Source: Parcubacteria group bacterium
GTDB lineage: Bacteria; Patescibacteriota; Minisyncoccia; Moranbacterales; UBA2206
Assembly (NCBI GenBank): GCA_041674205.1
Contig: JBAYWF010000003.1
Coordinates: 47,221-111,220, forward strand
Reading direction: 5' to 3'
DNA length: 64,000 nt
Position 1 is the first letter of the stretch; every line of letters begins with the position of its first letter. This document shows positions 20,545 through 30,118 of this stretch, in pieces. Under the pieces are notes generated by a model. The model saw only the letters and a program-made list of their open reading frames with translations. It did no database searches and had not been told where the DNA came from. The translations under genes were made by a program, and so were the position numbers.

Positions 20545-21366
20545 TCAGGACTTAGCTCCTTCACTCCGTGTATTTTTAATTATCTGGCTTAATTTTTTAT
20601 GCAATTCCTGAGAAGCCGCTAGGAATGTAAAATTATCCTCGGCCCTATCCAGATGATTTGCATAATCAATCGGATTTCCAAAAAAATCGGTATAAATTCC
20701 ACCTGCCTCTTCGATGACAACTTGCTGGGCGACATTATCCCAAATTTTGCTGGTGCGGTTCAGGAAAGCCCCATATTTTCCTTTGGCAACCATCGCCACA
20801 TCAAAAGCGCTGTTGCTTGTCCTGAGATTACGGATGTTTAAAACAATTTCCGCCAATAGTTCGCATTCGTTCCTCGTAAACTCCGGATTTTCTTGATGGC
20901 CATCGATACCGTATGCCACCAAAGAATTTTTCAAATCAGCCTCCCGGCTAATCACAATTTTTTCTCCGTTGCAATATGCGCCGTGGCCTTTTTCCGCGAC
21001 ATAGATTTCCGAATAACTCGGCAAGGCGATGCCACCCGCGACCGGCACATCGTCCTCCAGCAATCCGACCATTATCCCATACAAAGGGACTCCGCTGGCA
21101 AAATTGCTCGTGCCGTCGATTGGATCGACAACCCAAGTCAGATTGGATTTCTTATTTATGACTCCGGCTTCCTCATCGATGATATTATGCGTTGGAAACC
21201 GTTCTTGTATTTTTTCCACTATCGCTTGGCCGATTTTCAAATCAGTCTCCGTCAGAATCTGGTTATTATCCTCCATCTTCGCAACCCCGGACACCTTGCC
21301 GAAGCTATTCCTGGCTATCCCAGAAACCTCCTCTAAAATTTCAACTATGAAATCACCGTATCCCAT
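20545..21366 (-). CDS. inositol monophosphatase family protein (SuhB/CysQ-like), core-genome copy
   Basis: WVVDPIDGTSNFASGVPLYGIMVGL metal-binding motif; about 75% aa identity to the cassette copy at 39709-40515. Confidence 0.9.
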   Translation of the reverse strand: MGYGDFIVEILEEVSGIARNSFGKVSGVAKMEDNNQILTETDLKIGQAIVEKIQERFPTHNIIDEEAGVINKKSNLTWVVDPIDGTSNFASGVPLYGIMVGLLEDDVPVAGGIALPSYSEIYVAEKGHGAYCNGEKIVISREADLKNSLVAYGIDGHQENPEFTRNECELLAEIVLNIRNLRTSNSAFDVAMVAKGKYGAFLNRTSKIWDNVAQQVVIEEAGGIYTDFFGNPIDYANHLDRAEDNFTFLAASQELHKKLSQIIKNTRSEGAKS

Positions 21367-21413
21367 ATAATTAAAACTTAAATATTTACTCTTCCCTTAT
21401 ATATCGAAAACAC

Positions 21414-21683
21414 CTACTCCTGGACTCTTTCGTATCCGGTTTTTGCCAGCCATCGCTTGAAAGGTTCGGCCTTGGGAGAAGGGATTGATTGGATAATACG
21501 GAAAATTCCTTCTGTATTCGCACAATCAGTTTCACGCATTTTTCCATCAACAGCTAACATTTTCAACTGTAGACAAATTGTCGACGGTTCAAATCCATCC
21601 TCATCTTTTACTCTAATTTTCATCTTAAACCAATAATCACGAGAATTGACGCTGTCCGTAAGCGCCTCGACCACATCCACCAC
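21414..21683 (-). pseudogene. truncated Bro-N domain (phage antirepressor) fragment
   Basis: C-terminal half of a Bro-N domain (NTEGIFRIIQSIPSPKAEPFKRWLAKTGYE); in-frame stop two codons upstream of the Met, N-terminal half missing; sits in an AT-rich gene-poor stretch. Confidence 0.55.
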
Positions 21684-21944
21684 CGAAAACCACCATTCAC
21701 CCTAATAAATCTTCTTTCTGATCTCCTTGCCCTTAAAAATCACAATTTGAGTATTTTCCAATATATTATTTATTTTTTTCATATTTTTTTGTTAGCTTGC
21801 TATAGTGATATAATACCACTATACGCAGCTGGCTGTCAACTTATCTCAAAAAAATTCCGACTTTTGTTGCTTTTGAAAGGCTAAGTCGCGATTCAGCCGT
21901 TCAGTTTGAAGATTTAGTCCCGAGAACTAATCATAAAATCTGGG

Positions 21945-22226
21945 TTAAAATACACCGCCTTCGACGCCTTGGCTTTCAAGATATTCCTTCTCATTTTCAT
22001 TTATAAACAAAAAGGCATTGTGTTCATGGGTAATCATTCCACCGATCATCTCTCCACTTCTTTCAAAATAGCGGATACCCCTGTTTGCCTCAATTCTACG
22101 CCCAAACCAAGCGTTTGGCAAAATAAAAAAGCTGTCTCTCAGCTTTCGGTTAAAAAAATAAGGACCTGCCAATCGAACTAGACTGGCAGGTCTTGGAAAA
22201 GAAGGGCGGATCCCATAGTTGATCAA
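21945..22226 (-). CDS. hypothetical small protein (doubtful)
   Basis: 93-aa ORF in AT-rich noncoding-looking region; no motif; could be spurious. Confidence 0.2.
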   Translation of the reverse strand: MINYGIRPSFPRPASLVRLAGPYFFNRKLRDSFFILPNAWFGRRIEANRGIRYFERSGEMIGGMITHEHNAFLFINENEKEYLESQGVEGGVF

Positions 22227-22235
22227 GCGCGAATT

Positions 22236-22733
22236 CTACTTCTGCTGATTCAACTCTTCCTGCAACCTTTCATCCGCCGCTACGACATCCGCCGCAGCGT
22301 ATTGCCTGGCATCATGCAATCTGATAGCCACATTCTTGTCAGTCAGCGCTAAAATCTGAGCCGCCAAATAGGCTGCGTTTTTAGCCCCATTGATGGCTAC
22401 AGTAGCCACGGGCATACCTGGCGGCATTTGAACCGTAGAAAACAATGCATCTACTCCAGTCAAGGCCGATCCATCCAGAGGCACACCGATAACAGGTTTG
22501 ATCGTCTCGGCCGCCACCGCCCCAGCCAAATGGGCCGCCATACCCGCACCGCAAATGAAAATTTGACACCCCGCAGCTTCCATATCATCCACTAGCTGTC
22601 GGGTACGCTCAGGCGTGCGATGAGCGCTGGCTATATGCATTTTGCAACTGACCCCCAGTTGATCCAACACTTCCTTCGCCGGCAACATCTTTTTCTTGTT
22701 AGACTCACTCCCCATCAAAATCAACACTTTCAT
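22236..22733 (-). CDS. purE: N5-carboxyaminoimidazole ribonucleotide mutase (PurE family)
   Basis: MKVLILMGSESNKKKM...HRTPERT... canonical PurE; start moved to ATG at 22733, preceded by a perfect AGGAGG Shine-Dalgarno. Confidence 0.9.
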   Translation of the reverse strand: MKVLILMGSESNKKKMLPAKEVLDQLGVSCKMHIASAHRTPERTRQLVDDMEAAGCQIFICGAGMAAHLAGAVAAETIKPVIGVPLDGSALTGVDALFSTVQMPPGMPVATVAINGAKNAAYLAAQILALTDKNVAIRLHDARQYAAADVVAADERLQEELNQQK

Positions 22734-22960
22734 AAGCCACTTCCTCCTTTTGCACGCAGGCATTTAAGATTGAAAAACGGTAATCAAACACTTTGGTTAA
22801 ATTATCTCTTCTTTTCGATGCGGATCCCCTCCATTTTTAAGGTTCTAATAAAAAAACGGCTGCTCTCTTGAGCTTGTAGCGATTTTTCGTAAATTAAGCC
22901 TAGCTTATTGCCCGGCAAAAAGCAAGACTATCCAAGCACAGTATTGTAAATATTTTGAGA

Positions 22961-23002
22961 TGCAAAAAAAATTTAAACGGCCAAATCACGATCCAGCCGT
23001 TT
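22961..23002 (-). terminator. intrinsic terminator downstream of the Pif1-like helicase gene
   Basis: AAACGGC(14-nt loop)GCCGTTT stem followed by T8 on the minus strand. Confidence 0.55.
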
Positions 23003-23102
23003 AAAAAATATGGAAAAATCCGTTTGAGATGTCAGTTTGGAAAATCAAGTAGGCGCCGACTACGAACGCGGAAAAACAAAGTCAACATCCTGGCGCGACA
23101 CT

Positions 23103-24389
23103 TTATGCGGGCTTCTTTTTCAATTGTCCCAACTCAGTCAGGTTGCGGGCGTTGTTTCTTGAAGATTCGGCCAAGAGTTTGTCGAGAGCGAAGACTTTCG
23201 GATTGACTTGCAGGGCGCGGTCATTGATGCCCAAAAGTTTGATGCCGGCCAGCGTGCGGACGCGTGAAAGAGCGACATAGCCCATACCGTATTCGAAAGA
23301 TTTGCTGAGATCCATTTCCACCGCGTCCAAGGTCATACCCTGGCTTTTGTGGACGGTGATCGCCCACGCCAAGCGGAGCGGAATTTGCGAAACGGAAGCC
23401 AAAGATTCGTCGTTTTCTTCAATCATCCACTTCTCCGGCGTCGCCACGATGGCTTTGCCGGACACCGTTCGCACGATCGGCATCCCTTTCTTATCAAAGC
23501 CCTCCACTTCTCCCAAAGTGCCATTGACATAGCCGCGGTCAAAATTGTTTTTTACGAACATCACGATCGCACCTTTTTTAAGCGCTAAATTTTCCGGCGC
23601 CAGACACCCTTTCTTCACCGCGGCGACCAGATATACATTACCGCTCTCCGTCATCCGGAACAACTTGGCTTCGCTTTTTATTTTCGCCAATTCCGCGGCA
23701 TTGATGGCGTCCACATTGGCATTATGGGTGAAAAGCCGCGTCGGTCTGAGAGTGTTTTCGATTTCAATGTTAGTGCGCGAAATCAAAAGTTTCTTGGTTT
23801 TTTCGTCGCACGATCGGGTTCGGATGTCATTCAGGATTTTAAGCATCTCCCGATCCTCTTGGCGGTGCTGCTCTTCCAGATAACAAACCTTCGGATCCAT
23901 TTCCCGCCAGGCGTCGGATTCGATGACGAAGCGCGCTTCCTCTCTGAATTTGGTGACCGGCGGCAACTGGAAAAAATCCCCGCACAGGATGACTTGCAAT
24001 CCGCCGAAAGCCAGGAAAGGCTCTTTGAAACTTTTACAAATATTATTGACGATGTCCAACTGATGGGCGTGCAACATCGAGATTTCATCGATGATCAAGA
24101 CTTTGGTTTTTTTGAAGCGCTCTTGCTGATAACCTCTTTTTTTGAGCTTATCGAAATCAGCCTCGTTGAAAGTTTCACTGATGCCCATACCCGACCAACT
24201 GTGGATCGTCTGCCCGTCCATATGGGTGGCGGCGATGCCGGTGGAGGCCGTCACGGCCACTCCGATATTCCGGCTTTTGAGATAATCGATATATTGTTTC
24301 AAAAGATAGGTCTTGCCGGAGCCGGCCGGACCGGTCAAAAAGACATTATATCCGAGTTTAAGAATTTCAAGGGCGGTTTTTTGTTTCAT
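23103..24389 (-). CDS. Pif1/RecD-like SF1B DNA helicase
   Basis: Walker A LTGPAGSGKTYLL, AAA_30/PIF1 layout, 428 aa. Confidence 0.8.
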   Translation of the reverse strand: MKQKTALEILKLGYNVFLTGPAGSGKTYLLKQYIDYLKSRNIGVAVTASTGIAATHMDGQTIHSWSGMGISETFNEADFDKLKKRGYQQERFKKTKVLIIDEISMLHAHQLDIVNNICKSFKEPFLAFGGLQVILCGDFFQLPPVTKFREEARFVIESDAWREMDPKVCYLEEQHRQEDREMLKILNDIRTRSCDEKTKKLLISRTNIEIENTLRPTRLFTHNANVDAINAAELAKIKSEAKLFRMTESGNVYLVAAVKKGCLAPENLALKKGAIVMFVKNNFDRGYVNGTLGEVEGFDKKGMPIVRTVSGKAIVATPEKWMIEENDESLASVSQIPLRLAWAITVHKSQGMTLDAVEMDLSKSFEYGMGYVALSRVRTLAGIKLLGINDRALQVNPKVFALDKLLAESSRNNARNLTELGQLKKKPA

Positions 24390-24557
24390 CCCGCGCTGCT
24401 TTTCCAGTATGATTTATATTTCTAAATTATCCTGGAAAACATACAATAATTAATTCCCCGCCCATAGAACGGCTTTGCGACACGATCAATTTGGAAAACC
24501 AGCGCGGGATCCCATTCCTTCCAGTCCGCGCTCCCTTTCGCTTTTTCCATTGCGGAT

Positions 24558-25664
24558 CTAGATGCCTTGGTTTTTCAATTTTTCCAACAAATCTTTCTGT
24601 TCGCGGCTCAAGCTTTTCGGAACCTTGACCACCACCGTCACCAATTGGCTGCCCACGCCGCGGCCATTCAGTTCCGGCACGCCTTCACCCTTGACGCGGA
24701 AGACCTCGCCGGATTGCGTGCCAGCCGGAATTTTCAAAATCAAGCTGCCTTTGACGGTTTCGATTTCAATTTTACCGCCCAATGCCACCACGGAAAAAGG
24801 CACGGATTCGGTGCTCAAAATATCCTGGCCCTTGCGTTTGAATTTCCTATGCGGCAAGACGCGCAGATTGATATATAAATCGCCGGCTGGCGCGCCTTTC
24901 TCACCCGCCTCGCCCTGGCCTTGCATCGACATCGTCTGGCCATCGGCGATTCCGGCCGGTATATCCAATTGGATCTTTTGCTCCTCTTTGACCCTTCCGT
25001 CGCCTCCGCACTTGGAACATTTTTTCTCATAAATCTTGCCTTCCCCATGGCATTCTGGACATTCCGACACTTGCGAAAAACTGCCGAACAAACTGCGCCG
25101 CATCGTTTCCACCTGGCCTGAACCCTTGCAAGTCGGGCAAGTTTTCATATCGGCATGGGGTTCGCCGCCGGTGCCGTGGCAACGATCGCACGCTACCCGT
25201 TTATACAAATCCAAATTTTTTCTGATCCCGGTTACCATTTCCGCAAAAGTTATTTCCACATCCACCTGGATATCGGCGCCGCGCGAACGCCGGCGCGCCC
25301 GGGAACCGCCTCCGAAAATATTGGAAAAAATATCATCAAAACCTTCTCCGCCGAATTCAAAACCGCTGTTCTGTCCGCCGAAGCCTTGGAAGCCGGAAAA
25401 ATCAAAACCGCCGAAGCCTTGTCCGCCGAAGCCGTTGCCGGCGCCGCTGCCGCCTTCGAAAGTTTGTCCGAATTGGTCATACTGCTGGCGTTTGCTCTGA
25501 TCCGATAAAACCTGGTAGGCTTCATTTATCTCTTTGAACTTAGCTTCATCCCCGCCTGACTTATCCGGGTGGTGCTTATGCGCCAATTTCCGATAAGCCT
25601 TTTTGATTTCATCATCCGTCGCACCCTTGGAAACCCCTAAAATATCATAATAATTCTTCGCCAT
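24558..25664 (-). CDS. dnaJ: molecular chaperone DnaJ
   Basis: J-domain ([31 protein letters not shown]), G/F-rich linker, four CxxCxGxG zinc-finger repeats; start moved to MAKNYY (ATG 25664). Confidence 0.95.
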   Translation of the reverse strand: MAKNYYDILGVSKGATDDEIKKAYRKLAHKHHPDKSGGDEAKFKEINEAYQVLSDQSKRQQYDQFGQTFEGGSGAGNGFGGQGFGGFDFSGFQGFGGQNSGFEFGGEGFDDIFSNIFGGGSRARRRSRGADIQVDVEITFAEMVTGIRKNLDLYKRVACDRCHGTGGEPHADMKTCPTCKGSGQVETMRRSLFGSFSQVSECPECHGEGKIYEKKCSKCGGDGRVKEEQKIQLDIPAGIADGQTMSMQGQGEAGEKGAPAGDLYINLRVLPHRKFKRKGQDILSTESVPFSVVALGGKIEIETVKGSLILKIPAGTQSGEVFRVKGEGVPELNGRGVGSQLVTVVVKVPKSLSREQKDLLEKLKNQGI

Positions 25665-25765
25665 ATATTTTAAATACGCTTTATTCTTACCAATCCAATC
25701 TAGCACGGAAACAACAAATTAGCAATCCCTCATCAAGAGTGCTAAGGACTCGGTTCCAACTTCCC

Positions 25766-26833
25766 TCATTCGATAATCTCCATTTCAACCGGAACCCGTA
25801 TGATGCGTACCAATCCGGTCCTTCTGAAAATCCAAAATGCCGATCCAGCCAACAGAATCCAAATCGGACTCAAGGCCGAGCCTAAAGACAAAACCGTCAG
25901 GAACAATCCGATGGCCATTATGGCCGGCAGTGAAGATGTTTTCCCCGGAGCCACCGATTCCGAGCTGAAATATTGGTCGATTTTCCGGTTTACGATGCCC
26001 GAAAAAACATCCGCGATTTTTTCATCACCGGTCAGATCGCTACCGTAAATTTCTGAAAATTTACGCCTTCCTTCCTGCAAGATCAAGATTTGCTGTTCCC
26101 GCCCCAGTTCCACGCTGGTATTCGCGGCTTTTTTCAAAGTTTCATCTTTCAATATTTTCTTTTGCGCGTCCGTCAAACCAGGGTTGGATTTTTCAATCGC
26201 CTGATCGATCTGGATGTCCATAGCGCTCGAAATTACCACGTCATTCCCCTGCCCTTCCTGTATCTGCGATATGAATTGATCGACTGTCAACCCCTCCTGG
26301 CTGATATCCTTTAAATCCGGATTCAGCAACGTCAAAATTTTGGAAGTCAGATTTCCCGAAATTGAGCTTACGCGGAATTGCGGAACGATGCGGTCCGCGT
26401 CAAAATTTTTCGCCGAAGCGTAATATTGGCTGGCAATCATAAAAGAAACCGCCAACAGGACTAATGTGTTGCCGGCGCGGATGGATTTCCATAGGCTTAC
26501 CCAGATATTCAGTCGCACATCGTCCATTATCCTGGTTATCCCCCAAGCCAAAAAAACATAAGCCGCGAAAACCGCATTCAAATGTCCAAGGCTGTGCACG
26601 AAAATGAAACTCAACAAAATGGAAGCTGAAAACAGCCATTGCAATATTTCAGTCCGCTTGATAACGATGGCATTCAGATATGCCAGCACGAAGTAGGCCG
26701 AAAAGAAGCTTACTGGCACCGCCCAGATGCCAGCCCCCGGAACATTCACCGCCCGATCGACCGAACGCCAGGCCAGAAAAGAAACTATCAGAAAAAGAGC
26801 CGCCAAAACATATTTTAGGATTTTTGTTTTCAA
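25766..26833 (-). CDS. hypothetical membrane protein
   Basis: 355 aa; N- and C-terminal TM clusters around a hydrophilic central region; no motif. Confidence 0.45.
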   Translation of the reverse strand: MKTKILKYVLAALFLIVSFLAWRSVDRAVNVPGAGIWAVPVSFFSAYFVLAYLNAIVIKRTEILQWLFSASILLSFIFVHSLGHLNAVFAAYVFLAWGITRIMDDVRLNIWVSLWKSIRAGNTLVLLAVSFMIASQYYASAKNFDADRIVPQFRVSSISGNLTSKILTLLNPDLKDISQEGLTVDQFISQIQEGQGNDVVISSAMDIQIDQAIEKSNPGLTDAQKKILKDETLKKAANTSVELGREQQILILQEGRRKFSEIYGSDLTGDEKIADVFSGIVNRKIDQYFSSESVAPGKTSSLPAIMAIGLFLTVLSLGSALSPIWILLAGSAFWIFRRTGLVRIIRVPVEMEIIE

Positions 26834-26842
26834 ATTTGGGAA

Positions 26843-27292
26843 TTATTTATTAGAAAAACGATAGACATTCGTTTTGCGGCGCTCGAACCCGATCGACTGG
26901 TAGAGCTGGTTGGCGATTTTCCTCTGCGGCCGGCTGGTCAGATCGATATATTTCATCCCTAGGGCCCGGCTTTTATCCAAAAGGATCTGCATTATTTTCC
27001 GTCCCAACCCCTGGCCGCGGTATTCTTCATCAACAACGACATCTTCGATGCTGCCGCAAAAAGAAAATATTTTCCGAAGCGGTATCAATGTCCCCATACC
27101 GACCAGGACGTTTCCCTGGGCAGAATCGCGTATCGTCATTATTATCCCGGAATGCATGACCTCCTTGATTCTTCTATAATCCACCGCGGCAGCCTCCGGA
27201 TTTAATTGCTTCAGCAACCCGTTCACCGCCGAGATATCCGCCGCCTTGATATCGTTTTCCCCGATCAAAAATTTGGCTGGTATTTTTTTCAT
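26843..27292 (-). CDS. GNAT family N-acetyltransferase
   Basis: VDEEYRGQGLGRKIMQILLDKSRALG acetyl-CoA binding motif A (Q/RxxGxG/A). Confidence 0.85.
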   Translation of the reverse strand: MKKIPAKFLIGENDIKAADISAVNGLLKQLNPEAAAVDYRRIKEVMHSGIIMTIRDSAQGNVLVGMGTLIPLRKIFSFCGSIEDVVVDEEYRGQGLGRKIMQILLDKSRALGMKYIDLTSRPQRKIANQLYQSIGFERRKTNVYRFSNK

Positions 27293-27437
27293 CTTGTTTC
27301 CGGCTAAATATTAGCTTTGCCTGAATTCTACAATAAAATCACCGCACACACAAACGGCGGAATTCCGGGAAAATTAAAAGGGAGGCATCGGATGAATCCG
27401 ACCCTCCCTAGGTTGATCTTTCTGGGGCTGCCCTTTT

Positions 27438-27809
27438 TTACTTTTTAGGAATAAAATACAACAGCAGCTCCCCAATCCGGAGACTGGACGACATTCTATC
27501 CAGAAACTCTCCGAAATTGAGCTTTCCGCCTTCGCGCATTTCTAAGACATACTTATCAATGCGCCCCTCTGAGTCACGCTCTTCTTGGATTGAAAGTTTT
27601 ATCGACCTCGCAAAAGCGTCCTCTATTTCTTTTTGCAAAACGGAGATATCGTCCGTGAAAGAGTTCTCCACATTTAGGATAATTTTTACATCCATTCCCT
27701 GTGAAAAAATTTTAGCATACTTCATATTGCCATCGTTAAATATCACTCTGACATATCTGCCCTTAGGAGAATTAATATCTCCTTTCACTGTTGCCGTATT
27801 CATACGCAC
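27438..27809 (-). CDS. hypothetical protein
   Basis: 123-aa ORF, no motif recognised. Confidence 0.4.
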   Translation of the reverse strand: MRMNTATVKGDINSPKGRYVRVIFNDGNMKYAKIFSQGMDVKIILNVENSFTDDISVLQKEIEDAFARSIKLSIQEERDSEGRIDKYVLEMREGGKLNFGEFLDRMSSSLRIGELLLYFIPKK

Positions 27810-27899
27810 CCCCGTGCTGATAAATTTTTAAAAAACACTCTCATTAAGTAACTGTGATTTATACCGCAAAAAAACCTTCCTGTCAATAGGTACTACAAA

Positions 27900-28196
27900 T
27901 CAAAAGACACCTTCGGTCAAAAAACCGTAAAAGACGTACAAAAACGCGCAATTTTGCAGAATCAGCAAAGGGATCCCGATGATGAAATACCATTTCCGGG
28001 TTTTGTGGCGGAAAGCGAACATCCCGGCATAAACCCCGATACTGCCGAAAACCGTAGCCATAAAAAACAACAAGCCTTCGGAAATCCTTTCCGCGCCCGC
28101 TTTCCGCGAGTTGAGTTTGTCAAAAAGCATAATCAAAAAAGCGGCGGCGTTGATCGCTAGGAAGAAAATTATGACGCCTAGGGAAACGGGATCCAT
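27900..28196 (-). CDS. DUF1294-like small membrane protein
   Basis: 98 aa, two TM helices flanking KLNSRKAGAERISEGLLFFMATVFGSIGVYAGMFAFRHKTRKWYF, resembling the DUF1294 core. Confidence 0.55.
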   Translation of the reverse strand: MDPVSLGVIIFFLAINAAAFLIMLFDKLNSRKAGAERISEGLLFFMATVFGSIGVYAGMFAFRHKTRKWYFIIGIPLLILQNCAFLYVFYGFLTEGVF

Positions 28197-28210
28197 CGGA
28201 GTTGTTATAT

Positions 28211-30007
28211 TTATCTTTTTAGAACCGCCAAAAAAGCGTCCGACGGGATGCTTACGCGGCCGATGCTTTTCATTTTCTTTTTTCCTTTTTTCTGTTTTTC
28301 CAAAAGTTTCCTTTTACGCGTGATGTCCCCGCCATACAGTCCGCTGGTCACGTCCTTGCGGAAAGCCTGGATGCTTTCGCGCGCGATCACTTTGCCACCG
28401 ATAGTCGCCTGCAGGGCGATTAGAAAATTCTGTTTCGGAATCGAGTTCTTCAGCTTCTCCACGATCGCCTTGCCTTCCGAATTGGCCTTTTCCCTCGGCA
28501 CGATGCGCGAAAAAGCGTCGAATTTTTCCCCCGCCACCAGGATATCAAGTTTCACCAGGTCATTCGGCCGGTAATCCTTGATTTCATAATTCATCGAAGC
28601 ATATCCGGAAGAAGCGCTTTTCAAATCATCATGCAGATTGGTGATGACATCCGTCAAGGGGCAATCGAACGTCAAGATGATCCGCTCACTGTCGATATAT
28701 TCCGTATTCGAATATTGCGCCCGCGTATTGCGCATCACTTCCATAATCGAACCCAGATACGCGGCTGGCGAAATGATGTCCAGCTTGGCATAGGGTTCAT
28801 ATATATTGTCGATCACCGACGCGTCCGGCATTTCGGTAGCGGAATAAATTTTTATCCGTTCAGTTTTCCCTTTTATTTCCACTTCATACACGACGCTCGG
28901 CGTGGTGATGGTCGGACTGATTTCAAATTCCCGCTCCAGCCTGGATTGGATGATTTCCAAATGCAGCATCCCCAGGAACCCGCAACGGAAACCGCGCCCC
29001 AAGGCCTGGCTCGACTCCGGCTCGAATTCAAAGGCCGCGTCATTGAGCTTCAACTTGTCCAAGGCGTCGCGCATAAAATTGTAGTCGTCGCCCTCGATCG
29101 GATAAAAAGAAGCATACACCATCGGCGTCACTTTCTTGTAGCCTGGCAAACTTTCCACCTTGCCGCGGTACCCGGCCAAGGTGATCGTATCGCCCACCCG
29201 GCAATATTCCACGCTTTTGAAACCGGTAGCCAGATAGCCGATATCGCCGGCCGTCAGATTGCCTATCTTTTGCATATCCGGTTTGAAATAACCCACTTCC
29301 ACCACATCGCTGTCGGCCATTCCCGCCATCATCGCCACTTTGTCATCACGTTTCACACTGCCATCCAACACCCGCACATACGCCACCACGCCTTTGTACG
29401 TATCGTATTTCGAATCGAAAATAAGCGCCCGCAACGGTTTGCCGGCATCGCCCTTCGGATACGGTATGGTCTTGACGATTTCTTCCAAGAGTTTGTCCAC
29501 GCCCAAACCGGTTTTGCCGGAAACTTCAAAAATATCTTCTTCTTTGCAACCCAGGACATGGATGATTTCTTTCTTCACTTTCGGCGCGTCGGCGTTCGGC
29601 AAATCCACCTTATTGACCACGGGAATGATTTCCAAACCTTGCTCGATGGCCAGATACAGATTGGACAAGGTCTGTGCCTGCACGCCCTTGGTCGCATCCA
29701 CCAGAAGCACCGCGCCCTCCACCGCCGCCAAAGACCGCGAAACCTCGTAGCCGAAATCCACGTGTCCCGGCGTATCAATCAGGTTCAAGACATATTTTTC
29801 GCCGTTGAGTTCGTAATCCATCCGCACCGGCTGCAGCTTGATGGTGATGCCGCGCTCCCGCTCCAAATCCATCTGATCCAAGAGTTGCGCCTTCATATTC
29901 CTTTGTTCCACGGTGTGGGTCAGCTCTAAAAGCCGATCCGAAAGGGTCGACTTGCCGTGGTCTATGTGGGCGATGATACAGAAATTCCTAACGTTCTTTT
30001 GGCTCAT
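28211..30007 (-). CDS. lepA: elongation factor 4 (LepA)
   Basis: MSQKNVRNFCIIAHIDHGKSTLSDRLLE ... 598 aa translational GTPase with LepA C-terminal domain. Confidence 0.95.
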   Translation of the reverse strand: MSQKNVRNFCIIAHIDHGKSTLSDRLLELTHTVEQRNMKAQLLDQMDLERERGITIKLQPVRMDYELNGEKYVLNLIDTPGHVDFGYEVSRSLAAVEGAVLLVDATKGVQAQTLSNLYLAIEQGLEIIPVVNKVDLPNADAPKVKKEIIHVLGCKEEDIFEVSGKTGLGVDKLLEEIVKTIPYPKGDAGKPLRALIFDSKYDTYKGVVAYVRVLDGSVKRDDKVAMMAGMADSDVVEVGYFKPDMQKIGNLTAGDIGYLATGFKSVEYCRVGDTITLAGYRGKVESLPGYKKVTPMVYASFYPIEGDDYNFMRDALDKLKLNDAAFEFEPESSQALGRGFRCGFLGMLHLEIIQSRLEREFEISPTITTPSVVYEVEIKGKTERIKIYSATEMPDASVIDNIYEPYAKLDIISPAAYLGSIMEVMRNTRAQYSNTEYIDSERIILTFDCPLTDVITNLHDDLKSASSGYASMNYEIKDYRPNDLVKLDILVAGEKFDAFSRIVPREKANSEGKAIVEKLKNSIPKQNFLIALQATIGGKVIARESIQAFRKDVTSGLYGGDITRKRKLLEKQKKGKKKMKSIGRVSIPSDAFLAVLKR

Positions 30008-30118
30008 ATAGTCTCCATCTTAGCCTAGAATCGGAGAATAATCAAGGATTTGGGACAAGCGGATCGGAATAATCTTTAAAGCTTAACTTCCCTGCGCATA
30101 TTACGGTTTTTTTATCTT

